Of a DNA stretch of 64,000 bases, positions 42,999 to 55,800 are shown in pieces. Numbering within the stretch: the first letter of the stretch is position 1; the number at the start of each line of letters is the position of its first letter. The DNA is from Oopsacas minuta (taxonomy: Eukaryota; Animalia; Porifera): the NCBI GenBank assembly GCA_024704765.1, contig JAKMXF010000033.1, forward strand, positions 62,001-126,000, given 5' to 3'. The notes under the pieces are model-generated. The model saw nothing but the letters and a program-made list of their open reading frames with translations. It was not told the DNA's origin and did no database searches. The position numbers and the translations under genes are program-made.

Positions 42999-45900
42999 TC
43001 ATTTTTTAGCAAAAACTTGTGGAATTTTCAATTTATTCTTATTTAGAGGAGATCCCGAATCTTCAGTCTCTAGGTCCGTTGCTGCTCGCGGCTTTTCAAC
43101 CTTGTCAACTGAACTGGACTTTAATAACCCCATTATATTAGTAGGCTTTGTAGATATGGGCGGTATGCTTCCAGATTTTTCCATTTTCAATTCACGTTTT
43201 GCTGTGATGGGTACAAATTCTCTGTTGGAAGGAGGCAATATTGGTCCTTTTAATGAAGGTTTAGATTTTATAGAGGGGAGGTTTGGATTATCAACGGAGC
43301 TTTGTTTAATTAAGGGTGATTCAGATTTTCTTTTTTGAGGTGACAGAATTGGGGAATTTGTTTGTTTGGGTGACCTTTTTTCAGGAATTGGTGGCGGTGA
43401 TAGTTGTTCTATCTCTTTCTCTTCTGCTATAGATTCTATTTCAACCATTTTCCTTGTTAGACCTGGAGAACGGACTGGTGATTGTGTTGCTACTGGAGTT
43501 ATCTTCCGCTTTACTATATAAATATGAATGAGTATTGTTTATTGTTTATTTTAACAATTATCATACCTGGTGTTGGTTGATACGTATTTAGAGAGGGGAG
43601 AGGATCAGAATCTATTTTAGGAACTTGTACTGTATCTGTCTCATCGGATTGGGGCTCTGAGGTTTTTAATCTTCGGTTTAATTTCTTGAGTAGTTCAGAG
43701 TTCTTTCCTTGTTCTGTAGAATCTCTTTGTCGTCTGCTCTGACGAAGTCTTTCATCGATTGACTGAAAAAATTGATGTAATATTTGTTGTTTACATGTTT
43801 GTTTGTTTGTTTGTTTGTTTGTTTATACTTTACCTCAATGCCAGTAGATTTAACAGGGTAATACGGGTTTATGTCCTCAAATGATGAAGTGAGGGGGTTG
43901 GTATCATCCGGAGCAGTAATCTGTCTCCTCAGCTTAGCTTTAGGGAGTATCAGAGGAGATGGTTCCTCTCTGGGAGCAGGAACTTTATTCTTAGCTTTCT
44001 TTAAATGAACTTTCCCGCTACTCAACATTGTCATTAGCTCATTCATTGTCTCTCCTAACAATGCAAATATTATTTACAGGACTAGTCATGGTCTGCGGTT
44101 CGAGGTTCCCAACATTTTCACCAATTTTAACAGCTTTTAAATATTGTATACATTCGTATTTAGTTTTCCTTACCCTTGCTTCCACTTTGAAGTGCTCTGC
44201 TAGATTTTTTACTGAGGGAGGCTATGACTAGGCTTGGGGTAGCTGGTCCAAACAGTCCCTCTGGTAGAGGTGGGGGTGGAGGTGGAGGGAGGTTAGGAGG
44301 AGGCGGTGGAATATTAACAGGGTAGGATGAATCTGGAGTGGGGGATGTTCTTGGACTAGGAAGATTATCAGATGATCTGTTCATTTTGTTTAACAGCTCT
44401 TGATAGTATCTGGTCTTCTCTTCGAAATCAGCTGCTTTCTTCTCCACGCTCTCTAGCTTCTCTCTAAGCTCATCTACCTAACAACAGACAGGCGTTTAGG
44501 AATGTATAAATGATGTAATTTCCAAATACCTCTGTTTCGCTCTTCTTATCATCCGTGTTCATAGAGCTTAGCTTTCTGTCTAGTCCTCCTACTTGATCTT
44601 CTAACTCTCTTCTCTCTACCTCTAGCTCAGGGTCATCTTTAGAACCTTCAAGTTTCATTTTCTCTAACTTCAGCTATAAACAACTCGCGTTAACATGCAA
44701 ATATTTCTTGTTTATTTCACTTGGAATACCTTCATAATGTTAATCATAGCTTCTTTAGATTTCAACTCTTGCTGTAGCTGTTCTTTAGACTGTATCCCAC
44801 TCAGTTTCGATTTTGTTCGATTTAATGTCAATGCACTACCTGGCCCAGTGCTAATGCTCTGTAGTAGGAGAGGGGATATTGTCTCACTGGATAACCGTGA
44901 CATCCGTTCTAAGTTTAATGTTGTAAATACATATACATATCCAAAAATGGTTATGGAATATCTACAAAACTCACTATCATATTCTCCATAAGAGGGCTTA
45001 TTTGTAGCAACAGACTGAGTTACAGCAAGACTGTCCTCCAGAGGGGATCTTGTAAAAGAACTAATATGTAATCTCTCTCTTAATTGTTTTATCTCTATAT
45101 CCTTATCAAAGCAGTCTTGTTCAATTTTTGTTAATGCATTTTCTAAGGTAACTTTAGATTCCTTCAAATCTTCTACTTCTGTTTCTAACGTTGATATCTA
45201 TAATCAATAATTTGTTGTTATATGTGTATTCTCTAAATACAAATAAACAACAAACCTTAGTAGCATAGTCCAGCGCTTCTACAGAAGAATGAGGGCCTGC
45301 TTCAGCAAAATTATCAGGATTGAAAGATTGTGTGAGGGAGCTCATAAACATAACAGAAGTTCTCTTCTGTACCTCCAATTCTCTGGCTTTATTAACAGCT
45401 ACATTTTCTGCAATCTCTCTCTTACCCTTTTCATCTTGTAACCTGAGGAAATGAGTCAATATGAAGGTGATAAATTTAATCACACGACAAACAAGTCCGT
45501 AAACACAAACACAGATTATCTTCATTTTAATCTGTAATGTAGCTACAATTCCTTTATGTAGACAACTTGTAATTAATATCATTCATACTTTATTAACACC
45601 TCTAACAAGTAGAATGATATTAACTCCACTATAGTTTGAATAGTTATATACTCAGCTGTCTCAAAAGGAATATTATTACAGAACCCATTCATCTTGTTAG
45701 AATATTCCAGCTTCTTAACTACTGATTTTGATAATTGTCTATTTCTGTTACTTCGGTGAATTCAGAGAAATATGTTGTATAATTGTTTGTCTGTTTGTTT
45801 GTTTGTTTGTTTGTTTGTTTGTTTGTTTGTTTGTTTGTTTGTTTGTTTGTTTGTTTGTTTGCTTGTTTGTTTGTTTGTTTGTCATTATTTGTGTGTACGA

Positions 45901-46915
45901 ACTTTCCAGCAAGATTCTTGTACTGGTGTTGGGCAGATTGCATGTAGCTTTTAGATTGTTTGAGCTCATTTTCTAATTCTATTAACTTAGCTGTCAATTC
46001 TTCTATATCCAAACTTTGGTTCTCATTTTCCTACAGAATATAAAGGTGTTTGTTGTTGTTGTTGTTGTTTTACAACTAACGCCTTCCCTATTCCTATAAC
46101 AAACCCGTTTATGCTCAGCTATCTGATCTTCCAAAAGTGTCACCGTATCTTTCAAATCTTGTAGCTCTAAATTTTGCTTTTCATTTTGTTCAGTGAGATT
46201 GACTACATCTCCCTCTATCAGTGTATCACTCCTCTCCCGGCTCTCCTCTCCATCAGGCTGTGTAGGGTCTAGCGCTGTCTCTGTAGATTGCTTGGCTCTC
46301 ATCTTAAGACTTAATTGTGTACGCTGTAACACGACGTTATCACGTGCTTTCTCTACTGCTACAGTTTCAGCTACCTAACGTATTCAATATATCAAAACTT
46401 GTACGATATCGGCGGGTAGTTGGACCAAAACATTTTGCAGAGCTAAGTGACGAACTTACTTCTCGTTTCGTTTTCTCATTCTGCCATTTTCCTACCATAT
46501 CATTATAATGATTAGAGAATAGAACAGTTCTTCTATTCAGCTCTGATTTAGCCTTGTCTAATTCTATTTTTAGACTCATCATTTCTAGATTAGGACCTTC
46601 CTCATTATTCTCAAGGTTATCTTGCTGGGGTTTCCTTCGCATACGGACCTGTCAGACATTGAAGTATTATTTGTAAAATTTATGTGCATAGCGATACAGA
46701 CTGGTTATTGGAATTCAACGAGCACAATCTGGGATTGTAGAATTCCTAAGCACCAGTTTGTAAACCTCTAAGAAATACGAAAATACCTTTCCCGCCATAT
46801 ATGGATGTCCTACAGTCTGAGTAACCAGAGGTACTGGGGTCTCCTCATCAGAAACAGTTGGGCTCTGGTCAGGTGATTCTTGATGAGTATTGAAGTTAGT
46901 GGGTAGTTTTGCCAT
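42999..46915 (-). CDS. SHTN1: Shootin-1-like coiled-coil / proline-rich / WH2-like protein, multi-exon
   Basis: Coiled coils with LQDEKGKREIAENVAVNKARELEVQKRTSVMFM (cf. the shootin EKTCRESAEALA...KRISMLYM segment), a polyproline stretch PPPPPNLPPPPPPPLP, then NELMTMLSSGKVHLKK (cf. shootin EEMMDRIKKGVHLRP). Confidence 0.68.
45784..45881. repeat. (GTTT)n intronic microsatellite, the longest of many in the window
   Basis: About 24 units. It generates the spurious QTNK/VCLF ORFs in the track. Confidence 0.9.
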
Positions 46916-47823
46916 ACAGCTGTATAATATGAATATTCTTGTTTATTTGTATATCTAACACCTAATAGAGTACGGCTTTATTGCTAAACTTTATAGATTG
47001 TAGGAATTATTGATATATATTATTGAAAAATCCTCCATGAGAATACTAACTCGGGGAAATTGTCCTAATCAGCAGTATAATGTTACAATATTAGTTTCAG
47101 ATATGTTCTAGAGGATGTTGTGTCATATTCATTGATTTATTTAGCCTACAATATGCTGTTTCTTTGCAAAAAATATAGTCTCGGTGAAGCTCACAAGTAA
47201 GCAATTGTCTCATAATGTAAATATTTGAAATACCAAAGATCCAATCTTGTCGTTAAGAAGAAGTATTAATTCAAACTTCGCGTTTCTTCCATTTTAAAAC
47301 CGATTCTTAGAGCCTATCCATCTCAAAATTGTACAAAATTTGCTTATTTTGGAATAATAATGCGATTTTCGAAGTCAGTGAAATATTCAGTTAGTAAGAC
47401 TTCTTCCTAACAGCCAAATAAGTTATTGCAACTGTCTCTAAGGAATTTAGTTATCATAACTTCTATTCCCTGAATAAGATACAAGATTGTGGCAGACACA
47501 TGGCAGAACTATTCATCAGAAAGTAATTATCCCTTAACTCTTTAGGACGGTATTAGTGTATGATTGAATTCAGAGAAATTCGTATTAAACTGAGTTGTGT
47601 TTGTTGATTTATAATATACACACAGAGTTTGCAAATAATATCGAATATCAACAAACCGTGACTATCGTATTCTTGTTTATTTGTTTGTTTATATAAATAC
47701 TATACTTCCTGTTATTTATTAGATGTGTTTACCTAAACTGTTGACATAATCATATGAGTTTGTTTACACAAACATCAATACATATCCTTCAATTCATAGG
47801 TGACAATTGCAACATCATGTTAG

Positions 47824-47824
<1 letters not shown>

Positions 47825-47860
<36 letters not shown>
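47825..47860. repeat. (CAA)12 intergenic microsatellite
   Basis: Perfect run in the divergent intergenic region between the shootin-like and integrin genes. Confidence 0.85.
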
Positions 47861-48183
47861 ACACCTAGAGTCATAAACAACATTATCTTTCATGAAAATA
47901 TGGACACAATAAATTTGGAAATTTCCAATTGAATCCAAATTTGTGGTAAGACTAATCAGATTAACTTACATGTACATATTCTGAAGTGTATACTATAGAA
48001 ATATGTGGAGATAAGATAGATTGCTATCTTCTAGGTAACAACATGCTCGTTGGTTGCTGTATGCGTTCAATTCGTTATATAAAATAGCGAACAGTCAAAT
48101 GGGTAGATAGACTAGCCAGGTTAGTTAATTTGTGTGTTTGTGGATAATTTCTTCTCGATATTATATCCAATTTTGTAGGTAGA

Positions 48184-51100
48184 ATGAAACTTCACACTCT
48201 CTTAACAATATTATTGTTACTAACACATTCAATCTGCAACTCTTTTGCAATTGAAATATTCGATCAGAAATTCGGTCTTCATTACACACACACAAATGGA
48301 AGCCATTTTGGACAAACCTTAAGTTTATATTCACAGAAACTAAGATCAGGAACATTTCAGAATTCAGTCCTTGCAGGAGCTCCCCTTGAATCAATCCCCG
48401 GGGCTAGCAGGCCAAACACGGGAAATACACTCAATTGTCAGATTGATCTTATTAATGATAATATATCGAATTGCATTCCACTCGATCTCTTAGGTATCCT
48501 AGAAGATAACGAGGAGAATAGCTTAGGAGATGTAACACAGGTACTGGAAGAGAAGAAAGGAATGTTAATGGGTAGTTCTCTGTATTCTAGTGCTGTGTCT
48601 GGACAGATCATTACATGTGGTCCTCTGTATAAGACCATTACTGTTGGGGATATTGAACACCCCATTGGATTATGTCATGTGTTGAAAGGATTGAATTCCA
48701 CAAGTGAAGTTGTATCACCTTGTAGAGTGGTGAGTTGCATTACTGTTAATTGCATTTGTGGACACTTTTTGAATGGTTAAGTTGAACAAGATACTACTTA
48801 TTCAAAAGTGCCTCTAAATGGTTTTTCTGTAAAAACTCTCTTTTTTTGAAACTAAGCCATTCGTCAATAAATTTATAATTATTCAAAGTTAAGTGGCAGA
48901 CATCAAAAAGCCACAAATTCAATTATAATATGTAAACACACGTGTAGGAATTGTGTCGTGTTGGCACAAATATTGCTTTAGTATACGAAACAAGATTTTT
49001 GATAGTTTCAATTTGTTGTTGTTTATTATAATTATTTGCAGCAATGATTATGTTTATTGACAAGCATTCTAGTTCCTAATCTAATTTGTGTAGACTATTA
49101 GCTGCAATATCATTTCTTAAATATACTTAAGACTTCTATCTCCTGAGAGAAACCTTATTTGTAAGAAAATTGTTTATCTACTCATCTTAGAGTAAGTATA
49201 GATTCTTAAACTGATTTGCATTTGCATTTGGAGAGTACGGATTGTATTTATCAACACCCCAGGTACGGGACCCGTTGGTAGAGGGGGCAAATAGGTGTCC
49301 TCATGGCCTCAGATGGTTGACAACCTTTGAGTATTATTCACAAATCTATACAATCTCACTATATTTGTTTCCCCGAATGGTGTAGCCACAGGATCTAAAT
49401 ATGCATTAAGAATATTATCAATATTTCTAATATCTAGAATGACTGCTCACAGCTATCAGGTTCCCCACTTAACTATGGTTACTGTATGGCCGGATTTTCA
49501 TCCACGTTTTTCAGTGGAGGGGAGGAGGTTATGCTTGGCGGACCTGGAAGGGGCTTCTTCCAGGGAGCTGGGTTCAAGGGCAGAGATGCTGATTGTTTCC
49601 TTCAGACTACACCCATGGACAATCTTCCCAACTTTGGGTTTGTAGGATATTCAGTAAGTTTAGCCTTCTAGTTCTTACCAGTTCCTCAATAATTATGGAA
49701 AAACAAGCAGACGGTATTTATTTTTAGTATCAATTATACTTCAGGTTGTGATCGGCCGTGTTTTCAACAGAAATAAGGATACCGTAGTATTGTCTGCTCC
49801 AAGAGCTAACCTATTCGGAGAAATACTAGTCTATTCAAACTCTACAGAGCATTTTATACAAATACTTACCCGAATTGATTCTGTTAATGGAAGTTATGGA
49901 GGATATCTGGGATATTCTATGGTTACAGCAGATATAGATGGAGATGGGTTAGATGAGATTATAGCTAGTGAACCTCTGTATAGTGATTTTGAATTGAGAC
50001 TGATAGAGATTGGAAGAGTTCTAGTTATTGGAGTTAATAATGTTACAAATCAGTTGGAGGTAAGTAACACCAGGGTATGTTCAGAGGTCAAATGATAAAT
50101 ATGAATTCCTATCCTCATATCGGGGGGAGTTTATTACAATGAAAACAGGGAATTTTAGGAAGCGGAGTGAAAATAAATAGAATTTCAAGTCCCATATAAT
50201 TGAACCTTCAGAAACGGCGTCCCTGACACCCCAAAGTTTTACTTCACATTTATTTTAGGTACGATTCTCCTTTTCAGCTCCCGATCCTATCCCGTACTCC
50301 AAATTCGGTACCGCTATGACAGTGATAGGGGACCTAGACAAAGACGGTTACCCAGAACTAGCTATATCGGCCCCTTTCTCACCAAATGGAGGTACAGTTT
50401 ACATATACAGATCCAGTACTAGCGGGTTAGATATAGTTCCAGTTCAAGTTCTATTGGCACCTGATTATGGGCCTATTGGGCTTACTTTGAAAAGCTTCGG
50501 ATTTTCATTGGCTAGTGCAGCTGATATTGATAACAACGGATATGAAGATTTATTAATTGGCGCTCCTTTATCTGACCATGTGGTTCTGGTACGTAGCAAC
50601 AGATTGGTCAGAATTGATGCTATTTTTAGCTCAACTTTAGATGTTGTGAATATAAAATCTGTCCAAAGGTGTGGAGTTGTTGTCGGAGGAGAAATGATGG
50701 AATTTGGTTGTTTTGACGTGACATATAATTTTAGTTATATCGGTTGGCCAGCTCCTGATTGGATTGTCATTGATGTTAATATATCTGTTGATATAACACG
50801 TGTTAGTTCCGGTTTAAATACCAGAGGATCTTTCTTTAGTGAGGGGGAGTTGGTTGGGAGTGTTAGGGAGACTATGAATATTTCAGAAGGGGAATATTTC
50901 TTGGTTACTAATAGGGTATATTTGAGTGAATCCATTTTCTATCTTTCCACACCGTTAGAATTTATTGCCACCTTTGAAATTGACGGATCCAATAGGAGGG
51001 ACTATTTCTCATCAGCTGTTATCATTGACCCGATTTCTAAACAGTCCAACGGTGCTGTACAGCTAATTAACGCTAATTGCGGGTTGGACAATCGGTGTGA

Positions 51101-52385
51101 CCCAATCCTCCGACTGAATGCCTATTTTACATTTTTACCTGATTCGTTAACCAATCAATTGCCAGTATCTCTGACTCCTGGACGGGCAAGGGAATTCATG
51201 GTCCATCTGGAGGTTGGAAATATGGGCGAAGAGGCCTACGAACCACGAATTAAGTTCCAACACCTCAAAGAAATTTCGTTCCGTAGCACAAATACGAGTA
51301 TAATTACTGACAATCATATCTCTGAAACTGAGTTAATATTAAGTTTAGGCAACATAATTAATCAAGCTGAAGTCTACGATATTGTTATCGTCTTTGCGAC
51401 GACAAACAACATTCCTGGTGACCAATTCGTAACCATAGAGATAGAATTTTATTCTGAAAATACGTTTGGTGAATCAGAGTACGCTTCGACAAATCTATCA
51501 CTCGAAATTCCAGTCAAAACCGAAATAAACATTATATCAAATGCAATAAACTTGAGAGACACAACACATAAAACTGTAAATTCCTACATTCCATTAGCAG
51601 ATAATCGTAACCAAGATGTAGACATAATTGGACAGAATACAGTACACCATTACACCATACGGAACCTTGGTCCATGGTCCGGTAATAGCAGTCTACGACT
51701 AACCCTGACAATATATTGGCCGATGGGTAACCTGTTATCTAACGAGTTCTATTTATATCTAACCGGTATCCAGGCAACGGAAGCGACATGCGAAAAATTT
51801 TACTTGAACAAACTTAATTTCTCAGTACCTACAACTCCAAATCGTCGCAGGCGCTCAAACACTTCCCAAATCTCAGAAATAATGCGTAAAGTTAGGGAAA
51901 CTTATCAAATTACTAAAACTAACGGTGATATCATTCTGGATTGTAGAGAAACGCCTGAGAATTGTGTAAAGATACAATGCTTCATAAAACCATTGAATGT
52001 AGGAAAATCGTCTTCTATTCAAATATCCAGTAATGTTTATGAACCTACTCTCACTAAATACAGTCCTTACGGTGTTTGGAACCTTACCTCATTTGCCCTC
52101 CTTAACGTGACGTCATCTGCAGACGTTATTGTCCTGACACAAGACAACGCTTTTGTGACAACTATAGTAAGACCTGAGGATACAATGTCACCACCGGACA
52201 ACGCGCCAGCGTGGTATATATACGTAATTCCGACCGTACTATTGGTTGTCATGGTAATTGTTATAGCTATTGTTGTGCTGTATTTAGTCGAGGTTTTCCG
52301 CGCCAAAAAGAAAAAGCGAGAACATCGTCCCCTCCATGATTCCAATCAGCTGGAACAAGAGGAACCAATGGGAGAGGAGAACTAG
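48184..52385 (+). CDS. Integrin alpha subunit, multi-exon
   Basis: Signal peptide; FG-GAP repeats (FGQTL..VLAGAP, YGYCMAGFS..MLGGPG, YLGYSMVTADIDGDGLDEII, FGTAMTVIGDLDKDGYPELAISAP, FGFSLASAADIDNNGYEDLLIGAP); thigh/calf region; furin site RRRRS; one TM helix; short tail. Confidence 0.93.
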
Positions 52386-52479
52386 ACATATTCCAATATT
52401 TGTCTCTTATATTCTGGCAGTATTTAATACATTTTATGGTATCTAATGTTTGTATTTTCTTGCTATTATTTACAAGTAG

Positions 52480-52625
52480 AGTTAACTCCCGCTATATCGA
52501 AGCTCAAGGGACCCGATAATTACTTCCATATGACCGATAGGATATATGTTACTTTGACGGTTTGGGAACATATTTGTACAGTTTCACACTTCGATATATC
52601 CGTGTTTGGTATAACAAGAGTTGTA
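52480..52625. mobile_element. Degenerate pogo/Tigger-like MITE
   Basis: Aligns with 53542-53676 (AACTCC..TATATCGAAGCTCAAGGGACC.GATAATTACTTC...GAGTTG). Confidence 0.6.
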
Positions 52626-52852
52626 AAATGTAATAATTATACAGAAAGTGTGCATAATGCCTCCTTGAGTCTAGATGGTGGCTGCGACACATTCCCTCAT
52701 TTAGAATAGTTTCTATTCATAAATTGTGCCACAACTCCATCTCATGTCATCATATATGTCTATAGTTATAGTTTAAATATGCTTCTAAACATGTTCTACA
52801 TTAATAATATCTAATTCTTGTCAGAAATGTTGCTAGTTTGAATTGCTATAAA

Positions 52853-55800
52853 ATGCTATCTGTATTACTCGGGTTTATACTTGGTGGTGTAACTGTTATT
52901 CTAATACAATACTTTACCCTGTCTTGGATATTCAAACTCTCTCCCAAATACAAACCGCCAAGACCCCCCGCGTATACACCTACTTCCCTTCCCCCCGATC
53001 TATCACAGAGGGCGAATGGGCCCTTCAGAGAGGAGACCTGCCAATGGGTCAACTTTTGTGGAGCATTTTTGTTCCAAGAATTGAGAGAAAGTAATTTGGT
53101 GAAAAAGGCTGTCATAACAAAATTGAATGAGGAGTTTAAAGAAGTTTGTTAATCACATGTTTTGTTAGATATAATTGTTTATTCATTTGTTTATTTTATA
53201 GTTTTTATTAAAGAAAACAACAGGACAGTTGTTACATCAGGTTACAGTCAGAGATTATTTCCTAGGGGAGTCACTACCTCAGGTTAACAGTGTACAGGTA
53301 AACAAGCTAGTAAACAAACATATCTGTACTCTTATAACTCTAAGTGTTTGTATTAGGTATTTAAGGTTCGGAGAGATGAGAAAGAAGAATTATTGACAGA
53401 GGTGACTGTAGGATTTGATTTAGACTATAAGGGTGCAGCTCTGATAGCTATAGATGCAGATATAGTGTTAGGAAAATCTCTTTCTGTCTCAGTTGAACTA
53501 CTAAGACTTCAAGGTGATAATTATTGTCTATTTTACCTGTACAGTCAACTCCTGTCATATCGAAGCTCAAGGGACCGTGATAATTACTTCGATACAACCG
53601 ATGGGTTATATGTTACTCTGGCGGTTTGGGACCATATTTGTACAATTTAAGACTTCGGTATAAGCAGAGTTGACTGCAGTTATTGCTATTTATAGGGAAG
53701 GTACGTCTCCAATTCTCACGTGAACCATACACCCATTGGTCAGTGGCCTTCATGAGAGAGCCGTTAGTTGAAATCAGAGTTGCACCTGAATTTCAAGGTC
53801 GTAACGTCTCACAACTGACTACCCTTATAGAGAAGGTCATACACAGATTTATCCGTAAGAAACACACTCTGCCTTACTATAAGGTGAGGAGAAGTCCTAT
53901 CTTCCCTAAACTATTAGCACAATCTTCTGATGTACAGCTATACATGCATGATACAGCTCTTACTGAAGGTATTATTATAGTATTCTATAACCTAAGGGGT
54001 AATATGGTAACGATGGTGTCGCACATAGGGCGAAGACTTGTCCCCTCCCCCACATGATTCAAGCCCCCTGTTACAATAGATACATATACAGTGTAACTTC
54101 GTTAATACGAACTCCAACGGACAGTCAGAATTGTTGGCCTTGACCGGAGTATTGTAAGGACCTGATTATGTATTAAGGAGGTTCTACTATCTAGGTATAT
54201 TGGAGGTAGATATAATGGAATGCTCACGTCTCCTGGAGATTCCAGAAGCAAAGCGAGCCTTCTGCACAGCAGCAATAACAGACAAGCCTTGGAAACCTCT
54301 GAATAGACTAGTCAGTCCTGCTAACGGACCTATGCTTAATCTTACTGTAGAGAAGAATTCTAGTAATGAGCATGGGATAAGCTTCCAGAGATATCAAGAC
54401 CAAGAGATGGAGTTGAACTGTATTGTGGTAAGTACGGGGTGTTACTCGAGGTAGCAGTCTTGTCTCGTGTAATTATCGCGGCCCCTTGAGGTTCGATATA
54501 GCCAGAGTTGTTATAAATATCTTTAGGTCAGTGAAGTAATAGCCAGTAGTCCAGCTTACAATGCAGGTGTTATGAAAGGAGATTTCGTGTTCTTTATAAA
54601 CGCAGTTGATGTTAAGACTGTCTCGAAAGCAAAGTCTCTAATCGAGACGTCTTCTGGCAGTTTCATACTAACTGTTCAGAGGTTCTTTTCTTCTCATATA
54701 CATGCTACAGGACCGATACCAGTTATACAGCAAGATTCTACTGGTTTGTTATCTGTTGTAAATGTATTTAGTAATACAATTTCTAAAATGCACCTTTGAA
54801 ACCGTTTATAATATATGAAGCATGTGTATATTAATAGCAAATATTCAATAGAATAACTGAATGATGAATCCAATTAAACACGAGATTGCATAAGTAAAGA
54901 ATAGAGTATAAGTTTCGAAATATTCTGCAATCAACGGTCCTGTTAATTGGTTTATTGTACACCCTAATAAGAAAGTGAAAGCAGTAATACCAGCTGATAT
55001 CCTGGTATAATAAGGGTGTAACAGCTGTCCGAACACCCACCAACCGAGTGATCCCCACCCCATACCGAATAGGAATCCGAAACACCCAATCAAGGGTAGT
55101 GGCAAGAACATGAGTACCTCACACATAATTATATCTGTATCATTACTAGCACAGTCATAGTGCTTGATCGATAGGTACAGTATTATTCCCATTATTGCAT
55201 TAACCAAGACCTGCGCGAAAGTTGTTACCAAGAGCAATCTCTTCCAATTTGCCTTATGGATTGTCCATATGAATAAGACCGCACCGATAATTAGGAAAAC
55301 TGGGTAGAAGAGTGAAGCTATCCTTGGGTTAATCCCCACGGCATTGTCTAGTGTATGAGCTGTGTATGCTAATAAGTACTGATGCCCAGAGAATGTTTTA
55401 AACATTTGTATACTACAACATACAAGTAGCGGTCTCCAGACTGGCCATATGAAATAGTTAGCAACCTTTTGGGATAGTTTCTCATTGGGGTTTATGGTTG
55501 GAGAAATACTACTGTTTTCTGAAAAAATTTGTAAGGAAGTATGGGAACAACTGGTATTTAAAGGCGTGACATCATTGTCTGAGCGATCAGATTCATTTTG
55601 AATTTCTTGTGGAAAATCGTAGAAGTATTCGCTAGCTTTATCCGCTTCCTCCGTCCATCCTTTATTTCTTAACCATGTTGGACTTTCAGGTAGGAATACA
55701 AGATTCAGATTCATGAACACAATCATGATAATATAAATTACAGCAAGCCATCGATAACCTATCCAAATACCTAAAGTATAGCTGAGCAACATTCCGAAGC

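Noticed and set aside
45719-46012. Overlapping ORFs with QTNK / VCLF / FVCL repeats here and at 2594-2812, 24312-24617 and similar sites
   Set aside because: They are translations of intronic (AAAC/GTTT)n microsatellites, which contain no stop codon in any frame.
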